Assembly (NCBI GenBank): GCA_040386535.1 | Contig: JAZKFH010000053.1 | Location: forward strand, 1-64,000 | DNA: 64,000 nucleotides | Source of the DNA: Myxococcota bacterium | Lineage (GTDB): Bacteria > Myxococcota_A > UBA796 > SXON01 | Direction of reading: 5' to 3' | Shown here: positions 32,054 through 40,874 of the stretch, one piece after another | How positions within the stretch are numbered: the stretch's first letter is position 1 | Layout of the letters: every line of letters begins with the position of its first letter | Translations under genes and position numbers: made by a program | Notes under the pieces: model-generated | Databases searched by the model: none | What the model saw: only the letters and a program-made list of their open reading frames with translations | Told to the model about the DNA's origin: nothing

Positions 32054-33298
32054 GTGGCCGAGCAGCCCGCCTACGTAGCGATCGCCCGCAAGTGGCGTCC
32101 CCTCACGCTCGAGGAGATGGCCGGGCAGACCCACGTGACGCGCACGCTGAAGAACGCGCTCGCGTCCGGCCGGATCCACCACGCGTTCCTGTTCACCGGC
32201 GCCCGCGGCGTCGGCAAGACCACGGCGGCGCGCGCGCTCGCCCGCGCCCTCCAGTGTGTCGAGGGCCCGACGGCCAGCCCCTGCGGCGTGTGCGGCCCCT
32301 GCGTCGACATCCTCGCGGGCACCTGCCCCGACGTGGTCGAGATCGACGGCGCGAGCAACAACTCGGTCGACGACATTCGTGATCTGCGCGACGGCGTCCG
32401 CTACCTCCCCGCGGTCGCGCGGTTCCGCGTCTACGTGATCGACGAGGTCCACATGCTCTCCAAGGGCGCGTTCAACGCGCTCCTGAAGACGCTCGAGGAG
32501 CCCCCGCCGCACGTCAAGTTCATCTTCGCCACGACCGAGGTGAACAAGATCCCGGAGACCATCCTCTCCCGCGTCCAGCGCTTCGACTTCAAGCGCATCG
32601 CGGCGAGCGTGGTGGTCAACCGCCTCCGCACCATCTGTGACGCCGAGGCCATCGCGATCTCCGACGCGGCGCTCCGCATGGTGGCGCGCGCGGGTGAGGG
32701 CTCGATGCGCGACGCGCAGAGCCTGCTCGACCAGGTGATCAGCTTCGGCGGCGCCGATCCCACCGACACGCAGGTGGCCGAGATCCTCGGCATGGTCGAC
32801 CGTGGCGTGCTCTACGAGATGTTGACCGGCCTCGTGAAGTCCGAGCCGGACCGCTGCCTCGACGCGATCGCGGCTGTGCACGAGAGCGGGTACGAGATCG
32901 CCCAGTTCACCGGCGAGCTGCTCGAGCTGGTGCGCAACGCCGCGCTCGTCGCGCTCTCGCCGGGCGCGCGCAAGCACCTCGACGTGCCCGAAGAGGAGAA
33001 GGTGCGCCTCACCGAGCTGGTCGAGGGCATGAGCGCCGAGCACCTCTCCCGCACCTTCCAGACCCTCCTCGAGGTGCACGACCAGGTCGCGCGCGCTACC
33101 CGCCCCCGGCTGGTCCTCGAGATGGCCGTCGCAAGGCTCGTCGCGATCCGCCCGGCGCAGAACCTCGGCCCGCTGGTCGAGCGCCTGGTCGAGCTGGAGC
33201 GCCGGTTGCGCGGCAGCGGCGTGACCGTGCCGCCCCCACGCACCGCGAGCACCGGCGGGCGCGGTCGTGAGCCCTCCGACCCGGAGGGTGAGAGGTAG
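32054..33298 (+). CDS. dnaX: DNA polymerase III subunit gamma/tau (gamma-length, domains I-III)
   Basis: ARKWRP, GARGVGKTT, C-x8-CxxCxxC Zn site, EIDGASN, DEVHML, NALLKTLEEPP; GGAGG RBS before GTG 32054. Confidence 0.95.
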   Translation: MAEQPAYVAIARKWRPLTLEEMAGQTHVTRTLKNALASGRIHHAFLFTGARGVGKTTAARALARALQCVEGPTASPCGVCGPCVDILAGTCPDVVEIDGASNNSVDDIRDLRDGVRYLPAVARFRVYVIDEVHMLSKGAFNALLKTLEEPPPHVKFIFATTEVNKIPETILSRVQRFDFKRIAASVVVNRLRTICDAEAIAISDAALRMVARAGEGSMRDAQSLLDQVISFGGADPTDTQVAEILGMVDRGVLYEMLTGLVKSEPDRCLDAIAAVHESGYEIAQFTGELLELVRNAALVALSPGARKHLDVPEEEKVRLTELVEGMSAEHLSRTFQTLLEVHDQVARATRPRLVLEMAVARLVAIRPAQNLGPLVERLVELERRLRGSGVTVPPPRTASTGGRGREPSDPEGER

Positions 33299-33325
33299 CG
33301 CCGGTTCAACATCGGGAATCTTGGG

Positions 33326-33376
33326 ACGGGGGCGCTGCCCCCGTAACGCCCCCGCCAGGGGGGCGGGCCCCCCTGG
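33326..33376. repeat. Double GC hairpin (REP-like) between the two dnaX parts
   Basis: ACGGGGGC-GCT-GCCCCCGT at 33326-33344 and CCAGGGGGGC-GG-GCCCCCCTGG at 33355-33376. Confidence 0.7.
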
Positions 33377-33390
33377 ACCCCCCGACACGC

Positions 33391-33969
33391 GTGGCTTCGG
33401 CCCCGGCCCCCGCGTCGCCGCCCGCCCCCTCGTCCTACGCCCTGCCCGCGCGCCTCGCCGGGAAGGCCGGCGCGCCGGTGATGGCGCCCGCGCCCGCCAC
33501 ACCCGCGCCGATCGCGCTCGCGCCGGCACCGCCCCCCGCGCCCGAGCCCCCCCCCGATCCCGCCGAAGCGTGGAAGCTCGCCCTCGGCGTGCTCTCGATC
33601 CACCAGCGCGAGCTGGTCGAGGAGAACACCGCCTTCGGGGGCTTCGAGGGCGGCACGCTCGCGCTCGTGGTGCGCGTCGAGCAGTGGCGTCCCGTCGTGA
33701 AGGAGCACCTCCAGGAGGTCGACTTCATCAGCGTCCTGCCCGGGTTCCGCCGCTTCGAGATCCGCCGGGGCGACGAGGGGCAGACCGGCCGCGAGGGCCG
33801 CAACGAGATCGACGAGCGGCGCGCGGAGGCGGCGCGCGAGGCCGTCGCCGCGTCCCCCCTGGTAAAACGCCTCGTCGCGATGCTCGATGGGCGTGTCGAG
33901 ATCACCGAGGCCTCCAAGCTCGGGGAAGGGGATAGATCTCCACTTCACGACGAGGGTTCCGATGACTGA
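33391..33969 (+). CDS. Probable DnaX tau C-terminal region as a separate ORF
   Basis: Pro/Ala linker then W...LV...F...GTL...; ends AVAASPLVKRLVAMLDGRV, like tau C-termini; lies between dnaX and ybaB; frame open from 33292. Confidence 0.65.
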   Translation: MASAPAPASPPAPSSYALPARLAGKAGAPVMAPAPATPAPIALAPAPPPAPEPPPDPAEAWKLALGVLSIHQRELVEENTAFGGFEGGTLALVVRVEQWRPVVKEHLQEVDFISVLPGFRRFEIRRGDEGQTGREGRNEIDERRAEAAREAVAASPLVKRLVAMLDGRVEITEASKLGEGDRSPLHDEGSDD

Positions 33970-34279
33970 TCCGTTTGGTGGCCTGGGTGGGATGAGCGGC
34001 CTGTTGGGCGGCTTCCAGAAGCAGATGCAGGAGCTCCAGGCGGAGGCCGAGCGCGAGGAGGTCGAGGCCACCGCCGGCGGCCTCGTGACCGTGCGCATCA
34101 ACGGCGCGCAGGAAGTGCTCTCCGTCCGCATCGATCCGAAGGCGATGGACGACCGGGAGCTCCTCGAAGACCTGCTCCGCGCCGCCACGAACGACGCGGT
34201 GCGTCGCAGCAAGGACGTCGTCGCCAAGAAGCTCGGGCAGCTCGCCGCCGCGATGGGGCTCCCGCCCGGGCTGCTCTGA
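33962..34279 (+). CDS. ybaB: YbaB/EbfC nucleoid-associated protein
   Basis: QKQMQELQ, AGGLVTVRING, IDP, LEDLLRAATNDA. Confidence 0.93.
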   Translation: MTDPFGGLGGMSGLLGGFQKQMQELQAEAEREEVEATAGGLVTVRINGAQEVLSVRIDPKAMDDRELLEDLLRAATNDAVRRSKDVVAKKLGQLAAAMGLPPGLL

Positions 34280-34312
34280 CCCGCGCTGCTCTGATCCTCT
34301 CTTAGGAGCGCC

Positions 34313-34918
34313 ATGAGCGTCGATCCCTTCCGCCGCGCCGTCGCGCACCTCGCGCGTTTTCCCGGCGTCGGCGAGAAGACCGCCACCCGCTACGCCTACT
34401 GGCTCCTCCGGCAGCCGCCCGAGGTCGCCGCGGGCATCGCCGAGGCCGTGCAGTCGCTGCGGGCGTCGGTGCACGAGTGTTCGCGCTGTCGCGACCTCTC
34501 GAGCGACACGTTGTGCCGCCGCTGCGCCGACACTCGTCGGGACGCCGCCACGCTCTGCGTCGTCGAGCGTCCGCAGGACATCAACGCCCTGGACGGGTCG
34601 GGCACCTACAAGGGCGCGTTCCACGTGCTGCACGGCGCGCTCTCGCCCCTGGACGGCGTGGGCCCCGCCGAGCTGCGCGTGCGCGAGCTGCTCGCCCGCA
34701 TCGGCGGGGTGGACGGCCTGCCCCCCGTGGCCGAGGTCATCCTCGCGACCGATCCGGACGTCGAGGGAGACGCGACCGCGCTCTACGTCGCCAAGCTGCT
34801 CAAGCCGCTCGGGGTGCGCGTCACCCGGCTCGCGCACGGCGTGAGCGTCGGCACCGAGATCGAGTACGCCGACCGGGTGTCCCTGGCGCGCGCGTTGGAG
34901 GGGCGGCGGGAGATGTAG
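34313..34918 (+). CDS. recR: Recombination mediator RecR
   Basis: PGVGEKTATR, C4 zinc finger, CVVE, LHGALSPLDGVGP, EVILATDPDVEGDATA. Confidence 0.96.
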   Translation: MSVDPFRRAVAHLARFPGVGEKTATRYAYWLLRQPPEVAAGIAEAVQSLRASVHECSRCRDLSSDTLCRRCADTRRDAATLCVVERPQDINALDGSGTYKGAFHVLHGALSPLDGVGPAELRVRELLARIGGVDGLPPVAEVILATDPDVEGDATALYVAKLLKPLGVRVTRLAHGVSVGTEIEYADRVSLARALEGRREM

Positions 34919-34977
34919 GCGCGGCCGCGCTCAGCGCCCCGCCTTCAGCTCGGCGCCTCGCTTTCACCTGCCCGCCC

Positions 34978-35229
34978 TCAGCGTCCCAGCGCCTCGGCGT
35001 ACGCGTCGCTCATCGCCTCGTCGGCCGCGATGTCGACCAGGAGCGCTTCGAGCTCCTCCGCGGAGGAGCCCGCTTCGACCAGGGCGGCCTCGGCGCCCTC
35101 GGGATCGGCGCGCACGATCTTGCCGAGCTCGATCGCCCGGGCGACCGGATCGATCGGCATCTCCGGCTTCTCGGAGCTGGAGGCGCACGCGAGGCCCAAC
35201 ACGAGGAGCAACGGAAGGACGAGCCGCAT
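34978..35229 (-). CDS. Small lipoprotein, hypothetical
   Basis: MRLVLPLLLVLGLAC lipobox; 83 aa. Confidence 0.7.
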   Translation of the reverse strand: MRLVLPLLLVLGLACASSSEKPEMPIDPVARAIELGKIVRADPEGAEAALVEAGSSAEELEALLVDIAADEAMSDAYAEALGR

Positions 35230-35231
35230 CG

Positions 35232-35759
35232 CTACTTCTTCCCCTTGCCCTTGTCGTCGTTGCCCTTGCCGTGCCCGCCGTTCCCGGAGTTGCCGTGGCC
35301 GCCGCCCTTGGACGAGCCGCCCTTGTCCGAGCCGTTGTGCTTGTCGTACTTGACCTTGTACGAGTAGCCGTCGCCCTTCACCTTGTACCCGTTGCCGTTC
35401 TCCTTGACCTTGTACTTGCCGTGGCCGTGCGCGCGGTGGTCCTTGTGGATCGCGTCGGCCAGGTCGCGGCCGGTGAGCCCGCGGTCGAGCCGCGAGAGCA
35501 CGAACACGCCGTAGTCGGGCACCAACCCGTAGGTGCGCATCGCGACGTCGGACTCCTGGAACACGAGGACCAGGTCCCACGCGCGTACGCGATGGAGCCG
35601 CACGGCGTCGAGCGTCACGAGCACCTCGGCGTGCGGGACGCCGGCGCGGCGGATGGCGCGAGCCGCGATGGGGAGCTCGAGGGCGCGCACCAGGGGCGCC
35701 TCGACCACCACCACCGGACGGGCGAAGGCGAGGCTGGCGAGCATGACGAGAATGTGCAT
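35232..35759 (-). CDS. Secreted hypothetical protein with G/K/H-rich tail
   Basis: Signal peptide; RGLTGRDLADAIH; low-complexity GHGKGN tail. Confidence 0.7.
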   Translation of the reverse strand: MHILVMLASLAFARPVVVVEAPLVRALELPIAARAIRRAGVPHAEVLVTLDAVRLHRVRAWDLVLVFQESDVAMRTYGLVPDYGVFVLSRLDRGLTGRDLADAIHKDHRAHGHGKYKVKENGNGYKVKGDGYSYKVKYDKHNGSDKGGSSKGGGHGNSGNGGHGKGNDDKGKGKK

Positions 35760-35821
35760 GGGGCTTCGTAACGGAGGGAACCCGTGGCGCACTCACATCC
35801 GGCTTACGTCAGCCGCCAGCG

Positions 35822-36046
35822 TCATCCCCCGCCGACGGCGCGGATGACCTCGATGCGGTCACCCTCCACGATCACGCGGGTGCCGTGTTCGGCGCGGGGG
35901 ATGACCTCGCCGTTGAGCGCCACCGCCACACCCTCGGGCGGCGCGCCGAGGAGCCGTACGAGCGCCGTGATGGTGGTGCCCGCGGGCACGTTCCGCGCGT
36001 CCCCGTTGACGCGCACCGGCACGTCTGCCGCCGCGGGCGCGCTCAT
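35822..36046 (-). CDS. thiS: Sulfur carrier protein ThiS
   Basis: VRVNG, VAVALNGEVIPR, GDRIEVIRAVGGG C-terminus. Confidence 0.92.
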   Translation of the reverse strand: MSAPAAADVPVRVNGDARNVPAGTTITALVRLLGAPPEGVAVALNGEVIPRAEHGTRVIVEGDRIEVIRAVGGG

Positions 36047-37125
36047 CGAACCCCCCCGGGCGGGCCCGGCCGCGGCACGTCGTCGAACAACTTCGGGTTG
36101 TTCGTGATGCGGACGGCTTCTTCGCGCGAGATCTTCCGCCGGATCGCGAGGTCCTTGAGCGAGGACTCCATCAGCACCTGTCCGTCGGCGCGCCCGGCCT
36201 GCATGATGCTCGGGATCTGGTACAGCTTGTTGTCGCGGATCAGGTTCCGGATCGCCGGGTTGCACAACATGATCTCCTGCGCGGCCACCCGTCCCGGCTC
36301 GTTCAGCTTGCGCACGAGGGCCTGGCTCACCACCGCCATGAGCGACGTGGCCAGCATCGTGCGCACTTGCGACTGCTGCTCGTGCGGGAACGCGTCAATC
36401 AGGCGGTCGACCGTCTCGGGCGCCGAGTTGGTGTGAAGCGTGCCGAACACGAGGTGGCCGGTCTCCGCGGCGCTGATGGCGAGCGAGATCGTCTCCAGGT
36501 CGCGGAGCTCGCCGACCAGGATCACGTCGGGATCCTCCCGCAACGCGCTGCGGAGCGCGGCGGCGAACGACTTGGTGTCGGCGCCGATCTCCCGCTGGTT
36601 GATCAGGCACTTGTCGGGCTTGTGCACGAACTCGACGGGGTCCTCGATGGTGAGGATGTGCTCGCGGCGGTTCCGGTTGATGTGGTCGATGATGGCGGCG
36701 AGCGTGGTCGACTTGCCCGAGCCGGTGGGCCCCGTCAGCAGCACCAGGCCGCGCTTGAAGCCGGCGATGCGCTCGAACACGGGCCCCAGGCCGAGCTCCG
36801 CCATCGTGAGCACGCGCGTGGGGATCTGGCGCATCACCACGCCGACGCCGCGCGCCTGGGTGAACACGTTCACGCGGAAGCGCGCGAAGCTGCGGAACGA
36901 CAGCGCAAAGTCGATCTCGAGGTTGTTCTCGAACGCGGTGCGGTGCTTCTCCTGCATCATCGAGTAGGCGAGCCGCTTGGCGTCGTCGTTCGAGAGAACG
37001 GGAAGATCGAGGCGGAAGATCTCGCCATCGACCCGCACGGCCGGCACCTCGCCCGCCGACACGTGGATGTCGGAGGCCTTTCGTTCGATGGCCACACGGA
37101 GCAGATCGTGGATGCGGACCGTCAT
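36043..37125 (-). CDS. pilT: Type IV pilus retraction ATPase PilT
   Basis: ASDIH, RFRVNVF, GPTGSGKSTT, TIEDPVE, ALREDPD, AETGHLVFGTLHT, AIRNLIR. Confidence 0.95.
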   Translation of the reverse strand: MTVRIHDLLRVAIERKASDIHVSAGEVPAVRVDGEIFRLDLPVLSNDDAKRLAYSMMQEKHRTAFENNLEIDFALSFRSFARFRVNVFTQARGVGVVMRQIPTRVLTMAELGLGPVFERIAGFKRGLVLLTGPTGSGKSTTLAAIIDHINRNRREHILTIEDPVEFVHKPDKCLINQREIGADTKSFAAALRSALREDPDVILVGELRDLETISLAISAAETGHLVFGTLHTNSAPETVDRLIDAFPHEQQSQVRTMLATSLMAVVSQALVRKLNEPGRVAAQEIMLCNPAIRNLIRDNKLYQIPSIMQAGRADGQVLMESSLKDLAIRRKISREEAVRITNNPKLFDDVPRPGPPGGVR

Positions 37126-37204
37126 GGAGCTACTTCTGGGACCGCGCGAGGATATCGCACCCCGAGGCGGGGCCGGCTAACAGGGCCTGTCTATCGGGTC
37201 CGAC

Positions 37205-38959
37205 ATGGGTGGAATCGCTGGCATCTTCACCCTCGACGGGGAGCCCGAGCAGTCCGAGCGGCGGCCGCTCGCCGGCGGGGCCGAGTTCGCCGGTCCGGGC
37301 GCGTTCGTGAGCGCGCGGGCCCGCTCCACCCTCGCGAGCAACGATCGCTTCGTCGTGGCCGTCGCGGGGCACTTCGACCGCGCGCCCGTCACCGGCCAGT
37401 CCGCCGCCGACACGCTGCTCGACCTCTGGACCCGCTCCGGCATCGGCTCCCTCGCGCACTTCGAGGGCGCGTGGGTCGCGGCCGTGTTCGACCGCTCCTC
37501 GCGCCGCGTCCACCTGCTGCGGGACCCTTTCGGCATCCGCCGCCTCTACTTCGCCGAGCGCGGCGGCAAGATCGCCTTCGCCACCAGCCCCAAGCCCCTG
37601 CTCGATCTGCCGTGGGTCAGCCGCGAGATCGCCCGGGAGCACCTCGCTGAGTACCTCTCGTTCCGCTACGTGCACGCCCCGCGCACGCTCCTGCGGGACG
37701 TGCGGTCGCTCCCGGCCGGCCACCACCTCACGTTCGACGGCCGCGCCAAGATGGAGCCCTGGTTCCACCTTCGTTATGCGCCGCCCTACTCGGCCATGCC
37801 CGAGGACAAGCCTTCTCTCGAGGAGATCGAGCGCCGCCTCAACCGCGCCGTTGCCGCGCGCGCGTCCGGCAAGGAGCGCGTCGGCGTGTTCCTCTCCGGC
37901 GGGCTCGACTCGAGCGCCATCACGCTGTTCGCCTCCCGCCTCGGCCCCGTGCACACCTTCACGGTGGGCGTGCAGGACGCCGAAGACGACGAGGTCCCCT
38001 ACGCCGGCCGCGTCGCGCACCTCTTGCGCGCCAAGCACGAGGTCGTCCGCGTCGACTTCGAGAAGTTCCGCGGCGCCTACGACGCCGTTATCGCCGCCTC
38101 CCACGAGCCGGTCACCGATCCCGCCGTCATCCCGCAGTACCTGCTCGCCCAAGCGGCGGCGCAACACGTCGATGTCATCCTCGCGGGGGACGGCGGGGAC
38201 GAGGTCTTCGGCGGCCGCATGGTCGGCCTGCTCGCCTCCCAGCTGCGCCTGTCGACCTGGCTCGGCCGCCTGCCGGCACCCGGGCGCCACGTCGCCAGCC
38301 GGTTCTTCGGCGGTCGCCGCCCCGAGATCGACGAGCCCAGCGTGCCGTTCGGCCTCTCCCGCAAGATCGGCGGCGTGCACGTGTTCGACGCCCAGACGCG
38401 CGGCGCGCTCATGCGTGATCCCGGCTGGGTGCGCGACGGCGTGCGGCGCATGTGTCTCGAGCCGTTCTACCGCGAGGTGGTGAGCGATCCGGTCAACGAG
38501 ATCCTCCACGTCTACCTGCGCGGCCGCATGCCCGAGGACGCGCTGGCCCGCACCGGCACGTGCGCGTCGCTCGCGGGCATCGCCATCCGCGCGCCGCTGC
38601 TCGACCGCGACCTGGTCACCTACTGCGCCGGCCTGCCCGGCCCGTGGAAGGTGCGGACGGGCCTCGGCGGCGCCACCACAAAGTGGCCGCTGCGCGAGAT
38701 CCTGCGCCCGGTGCTCTCCTGGGGCCTCGTCAACCGCCCCAAGCGCGTGCTCCCGGGCCCCTGGGGCCGTTGGCTCGGCGGCCCGGCGCGTGGCTGGCTC
38801 GACGAGCGCGTGGCGACCCTGCGCGAAGATCCGCACCGCCTCTTCCTCCCCGCCGCCATCGACGATCTCATCGGCGAGGTCGACCGCACCGGCACCGACG
38901 CCCGCTTGTGGACGCTCCTGTTCCTCGACGGCTGGATGCGCGAGGTCGGCGCCACCTGA
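37205..38959 (+). CDS. Asparagine synthetase B-like amide ligase with degenerate glutaminase domain
   Basis: MGGIAG (Cys1 replaced), RDPFGIRRLYF, LSGGLDSS, GDGGDEVFGG, RAPLLD, RPKR. Confidence 0.85.
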   Translation: MGGIAGIFTLDGEPEQSERRPLAGGAEFAGPGAFVSARARSTLASNDRFVVAVAGHFDRAPVTGQSAADTLLDLWTRSGIGSLAHFEGAWVAAVFDRSSRRVHLLRDPFGIRRLYFAERGGKIAFATSPKPLLDLPWVSREIAREHLAEYLSFRYVHAPRTLLRDVRSLPAGHHLTFDGRAKMEPWFHLRYAPPYSAMPEDKPSLEEIERRLNRAVAARASGKERVGVFLSGGLDSSAITLFASRLGPVHTFTVGVQDAEDDEVPYAGRVAHLLRAKHEVVRVDFEKFRGAYDAVIAASHEPVTDPAVIPQYLLAQAAAQHVDVILAGDGGDEVFGGRMVGLLASQLRLSTWLGRLPAPGRHVASRFFGGRRPEIDEPSVPFGLSRKIGGVHVFDAQTRGALMRDPGWVRDGVRRMCLEPFYREVVSDPVNEILHVYLRGRMPEDALARTGTCASLAGIAIRAPLLDRDLVTYCAGLPGPWKVRTGLGGATTKWPLREILRPVLSWGLVNRPKRVLPGPWGRWLGGPARGWLDERVATLREDPHRLFLPAAIDDLIGEVDRTGTDARLWTLLFLDGWMREVGAT

Positions 38960-38973
38960 GGGCGCCACCCGAG

Positions 38974-39116
38974 GGGGTCTGACCTTACGACTTATCACTT
39001 GGAACAGGCAAACGCCGAGAATCGCCGGGTGGGGTCTGACCTTACGACTTATCACTTGGAACAGGCAGACGCCGAGAATCGCAAGGCGGGGTCTGACCTT
39101 ACGACTTGTCACCTGG
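38974..39116. repeat. 57-bp tandem repeat, 2.5 copies, starting GGGGTCTGACCTTACGACTT
   Basis: Units start at 38974, 39031 and 39088; intervening parts nearly identical. Confidence 0.9.
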
Positions 39117-39715
39117 GACCGGGCGCGTCCGGCCCCGAGCGGCCGGACCGGGTGCCCTCCAGGGTCGGCCTGCCGGCCTCCGTCGGCGCGCCGCGCGCGC
39201 GCCGACCGCCGCGGGCTCGGGCGGCGCGGTGGCGTGGGCATCCTCGCGCCCGCGGCGCCTTCCGGGCCCCCTCGCGCGGGCTCGCGTCCGAAAGAGCGAG
39301 GGAACCGCCAAGATGCCAAGGCGCCAAGGGCCCCCGGACAGGAATGGCACGGAGGCAAGCGGCACCGAACAGGAACCAAGGTGGTCCTCGGGCGTGCTCC
39401 CCAAGGCGCCGGGTGGTGGCGTTGGTAGAAAAACGGCGTTTCTCCGTGAGACACGGGGGCCCGCGCGCGACGGGCGTGCGCGGGATTCCTGCTCGGTGAG
39501 GCTTGGGGCCCGGCTTTTCCCACTCGGGTTGGCTTGACCCGGGGCGCGTCCGGACCCGGGCGGCCGGACGGAGTGCCGTCCGAGGCCGGCCTCCCGGCCG
39601 CCGCCGGCGCGCGCCCGGCTCGCCGCGCGTGCGCCGACCGCCGCGGGCTCGGGCGGCGGCGTGGGGGGGGCATCCTGGCGCCCCCGGCGCCTTCCGAACC
39701 CCGTCGCGCGGCGAG
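39117..39715. repeat. Two degenerate ~170-bp GC-rich direct repeats (39117-39285, 39537-39715)
   Basis: Shared GGGCGCGTCCGG...GCGCCGACCGCCGCGGGCTCGGGCGGC...GGCATCCT...CGGCGCCTTCCG. Confidence 0.75.
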
Positions 39716-40113
39716 CGCTCCGGTAGAGCGCCGCGCCCTTCGGGGGCATGTGGGGAGCTGCTTCGCGGGGCGAGCTGGGTGCGGGCGGGTGGCGCCCCGA
39801 GCGTCTACCCGGGGCGCTCCGCCAGTCCGAAGCTCTTCCCAGGTGTCCATGTACGCGCCGGCCTGCGCGTAGAGCTGGATGAGGTCGTACCCGACATCCG
39901 CGGTCTCCCGACCGCCGGGGCACCCATTCACGAGCATTCGCCCGTGAGGTGATCGAGGTTGAAGGCGTCAAGATTTCCGAACCCGTTGGCGTCCACGCAG
40001 CAGGTCCTCCCCGTCGCGACCGACGAGCACAAATCTTCCCTCCCTCCTTGGCGCCTTGGCGGTTCACCCCGCCTCTCCACCGGCCCCGCTCCGCCGACTG
40101 CTTACGTGATCCC

Positions 40114-40460
40114 GTGCACACGCTCTACCGCCTCCAGGACTACTTCCACGGCCTCGCTGACGTCGCGTTGATCTTCGCCGTGCTCGGCGGGATCGCCCTC
40201 CTCGCGACGTGGCGGCACCCGCGGGTCACGACGTTGGCGTGGATCGCGATGTTGCTCGGCGCCGGCTTGGTGTTCCACGAAGCCCTGCTCGCAGCGGCGG
40301 CGGTCCCGGAGGCCCCCGATCCCGCCGTCGCCGACACCCTGCGCGGGGTGCAGTACGACCGCGCCCTGGTCGCACCCATCTGGTGCGCCCTCGTCGCCGC
40401 ACCGAGCATCGTGATGGCGTTGCTGCTCGCCCTCCCCCGTGGACGATGGCGGTGGCGGTG
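40114..40460 (+). CDS. Small membrane protein (3 TM), end uncertain or possibly decayed
   Basis: Hydrophobic coding-like segment VHTLYRLQDY...ALLLALPRG within ORF 39949..41019; no nearby stop. Confidence 0.4.
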
Positions 40461-40562
40461 GGAGCTCGCCGCTCACGACGTCCTGATGCGCGGGAGCCCG
40501 GCGTCCGCGACGCCCCCCGGCCGCCCTCGCGCGTGGGGGCGATGGCGGCCGGAGACGGAGGG

Positions 40563-40717
40563 AACCGCCAAGACGCCAAGGCGCCAAGGGCCCGGATGCA
40601 GACGCGCTCCGGCTCACGGGCCCGCGCTGCTTTGGCCGTCGTGCCGCCCCTCGTCGCCGCCTCGTGAACTTCACTCGGGCCCGCCGCCGCCCTTGGCGTC
40701 TTGGCGGCTTGGCGGTT
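40563..40717. mobile_element. MITE-like element bounded by (CGCCAAG)n inverted repeats
   Basis: AACCGCCAAGACGCCAAGGCGCCAAGG at 40563; CCTTGGCGTCTTGGCGGCTTGGCGGTT at 40691-40717; same ends at 39303 and 40046-40064. Confidence 0.5.
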
Positions 40718-40874
40718 GTTCAGGCTCCCCTGCCGAGCGACCACGAGGGTGTCGGTGCCAGGCGCGTGGGTGCGCCCCGGATGACACCCGGGAGCCCCGG
40801 GGCCGTGGCGGCGCGCTTTGGCGCCGGGCACCGCGGCCCGCGTCGGTCGCCCAGAGCCCCGCCGCCCGATTCCG

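Noticed and set aside
33293..33360. T4 gene 60-like translational bypass in dnaX
   Set aside because: The nearby matching AGG landing codon (33357) is in the wrong frame to reach the tau C-terminal ORF
38974..39116. Possible CRISPR array
   Set aside because: Only 2.5 units, the intervening segments are near-identical rather than unique spacers, and there are no cas genes in the window
37205..39500. Lasso peptide cluster (AsnB-like cyclase plus repeat-encoded precursor)
   Set aside because: No B1/RRE or B2 protease gene nearby and no convincing precursor with leader Thr(-2) and a Gly-start core with an acceptor Asp/Glu
39830..39937. Short coding-like fragment MLVNGCPGGRETADVGYDLIQLYAQAGAYMDTWEE
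   Set aside because: Too short to assign a family; runs into repeat-derived sequence, so at most an unidentifiable gene remnant
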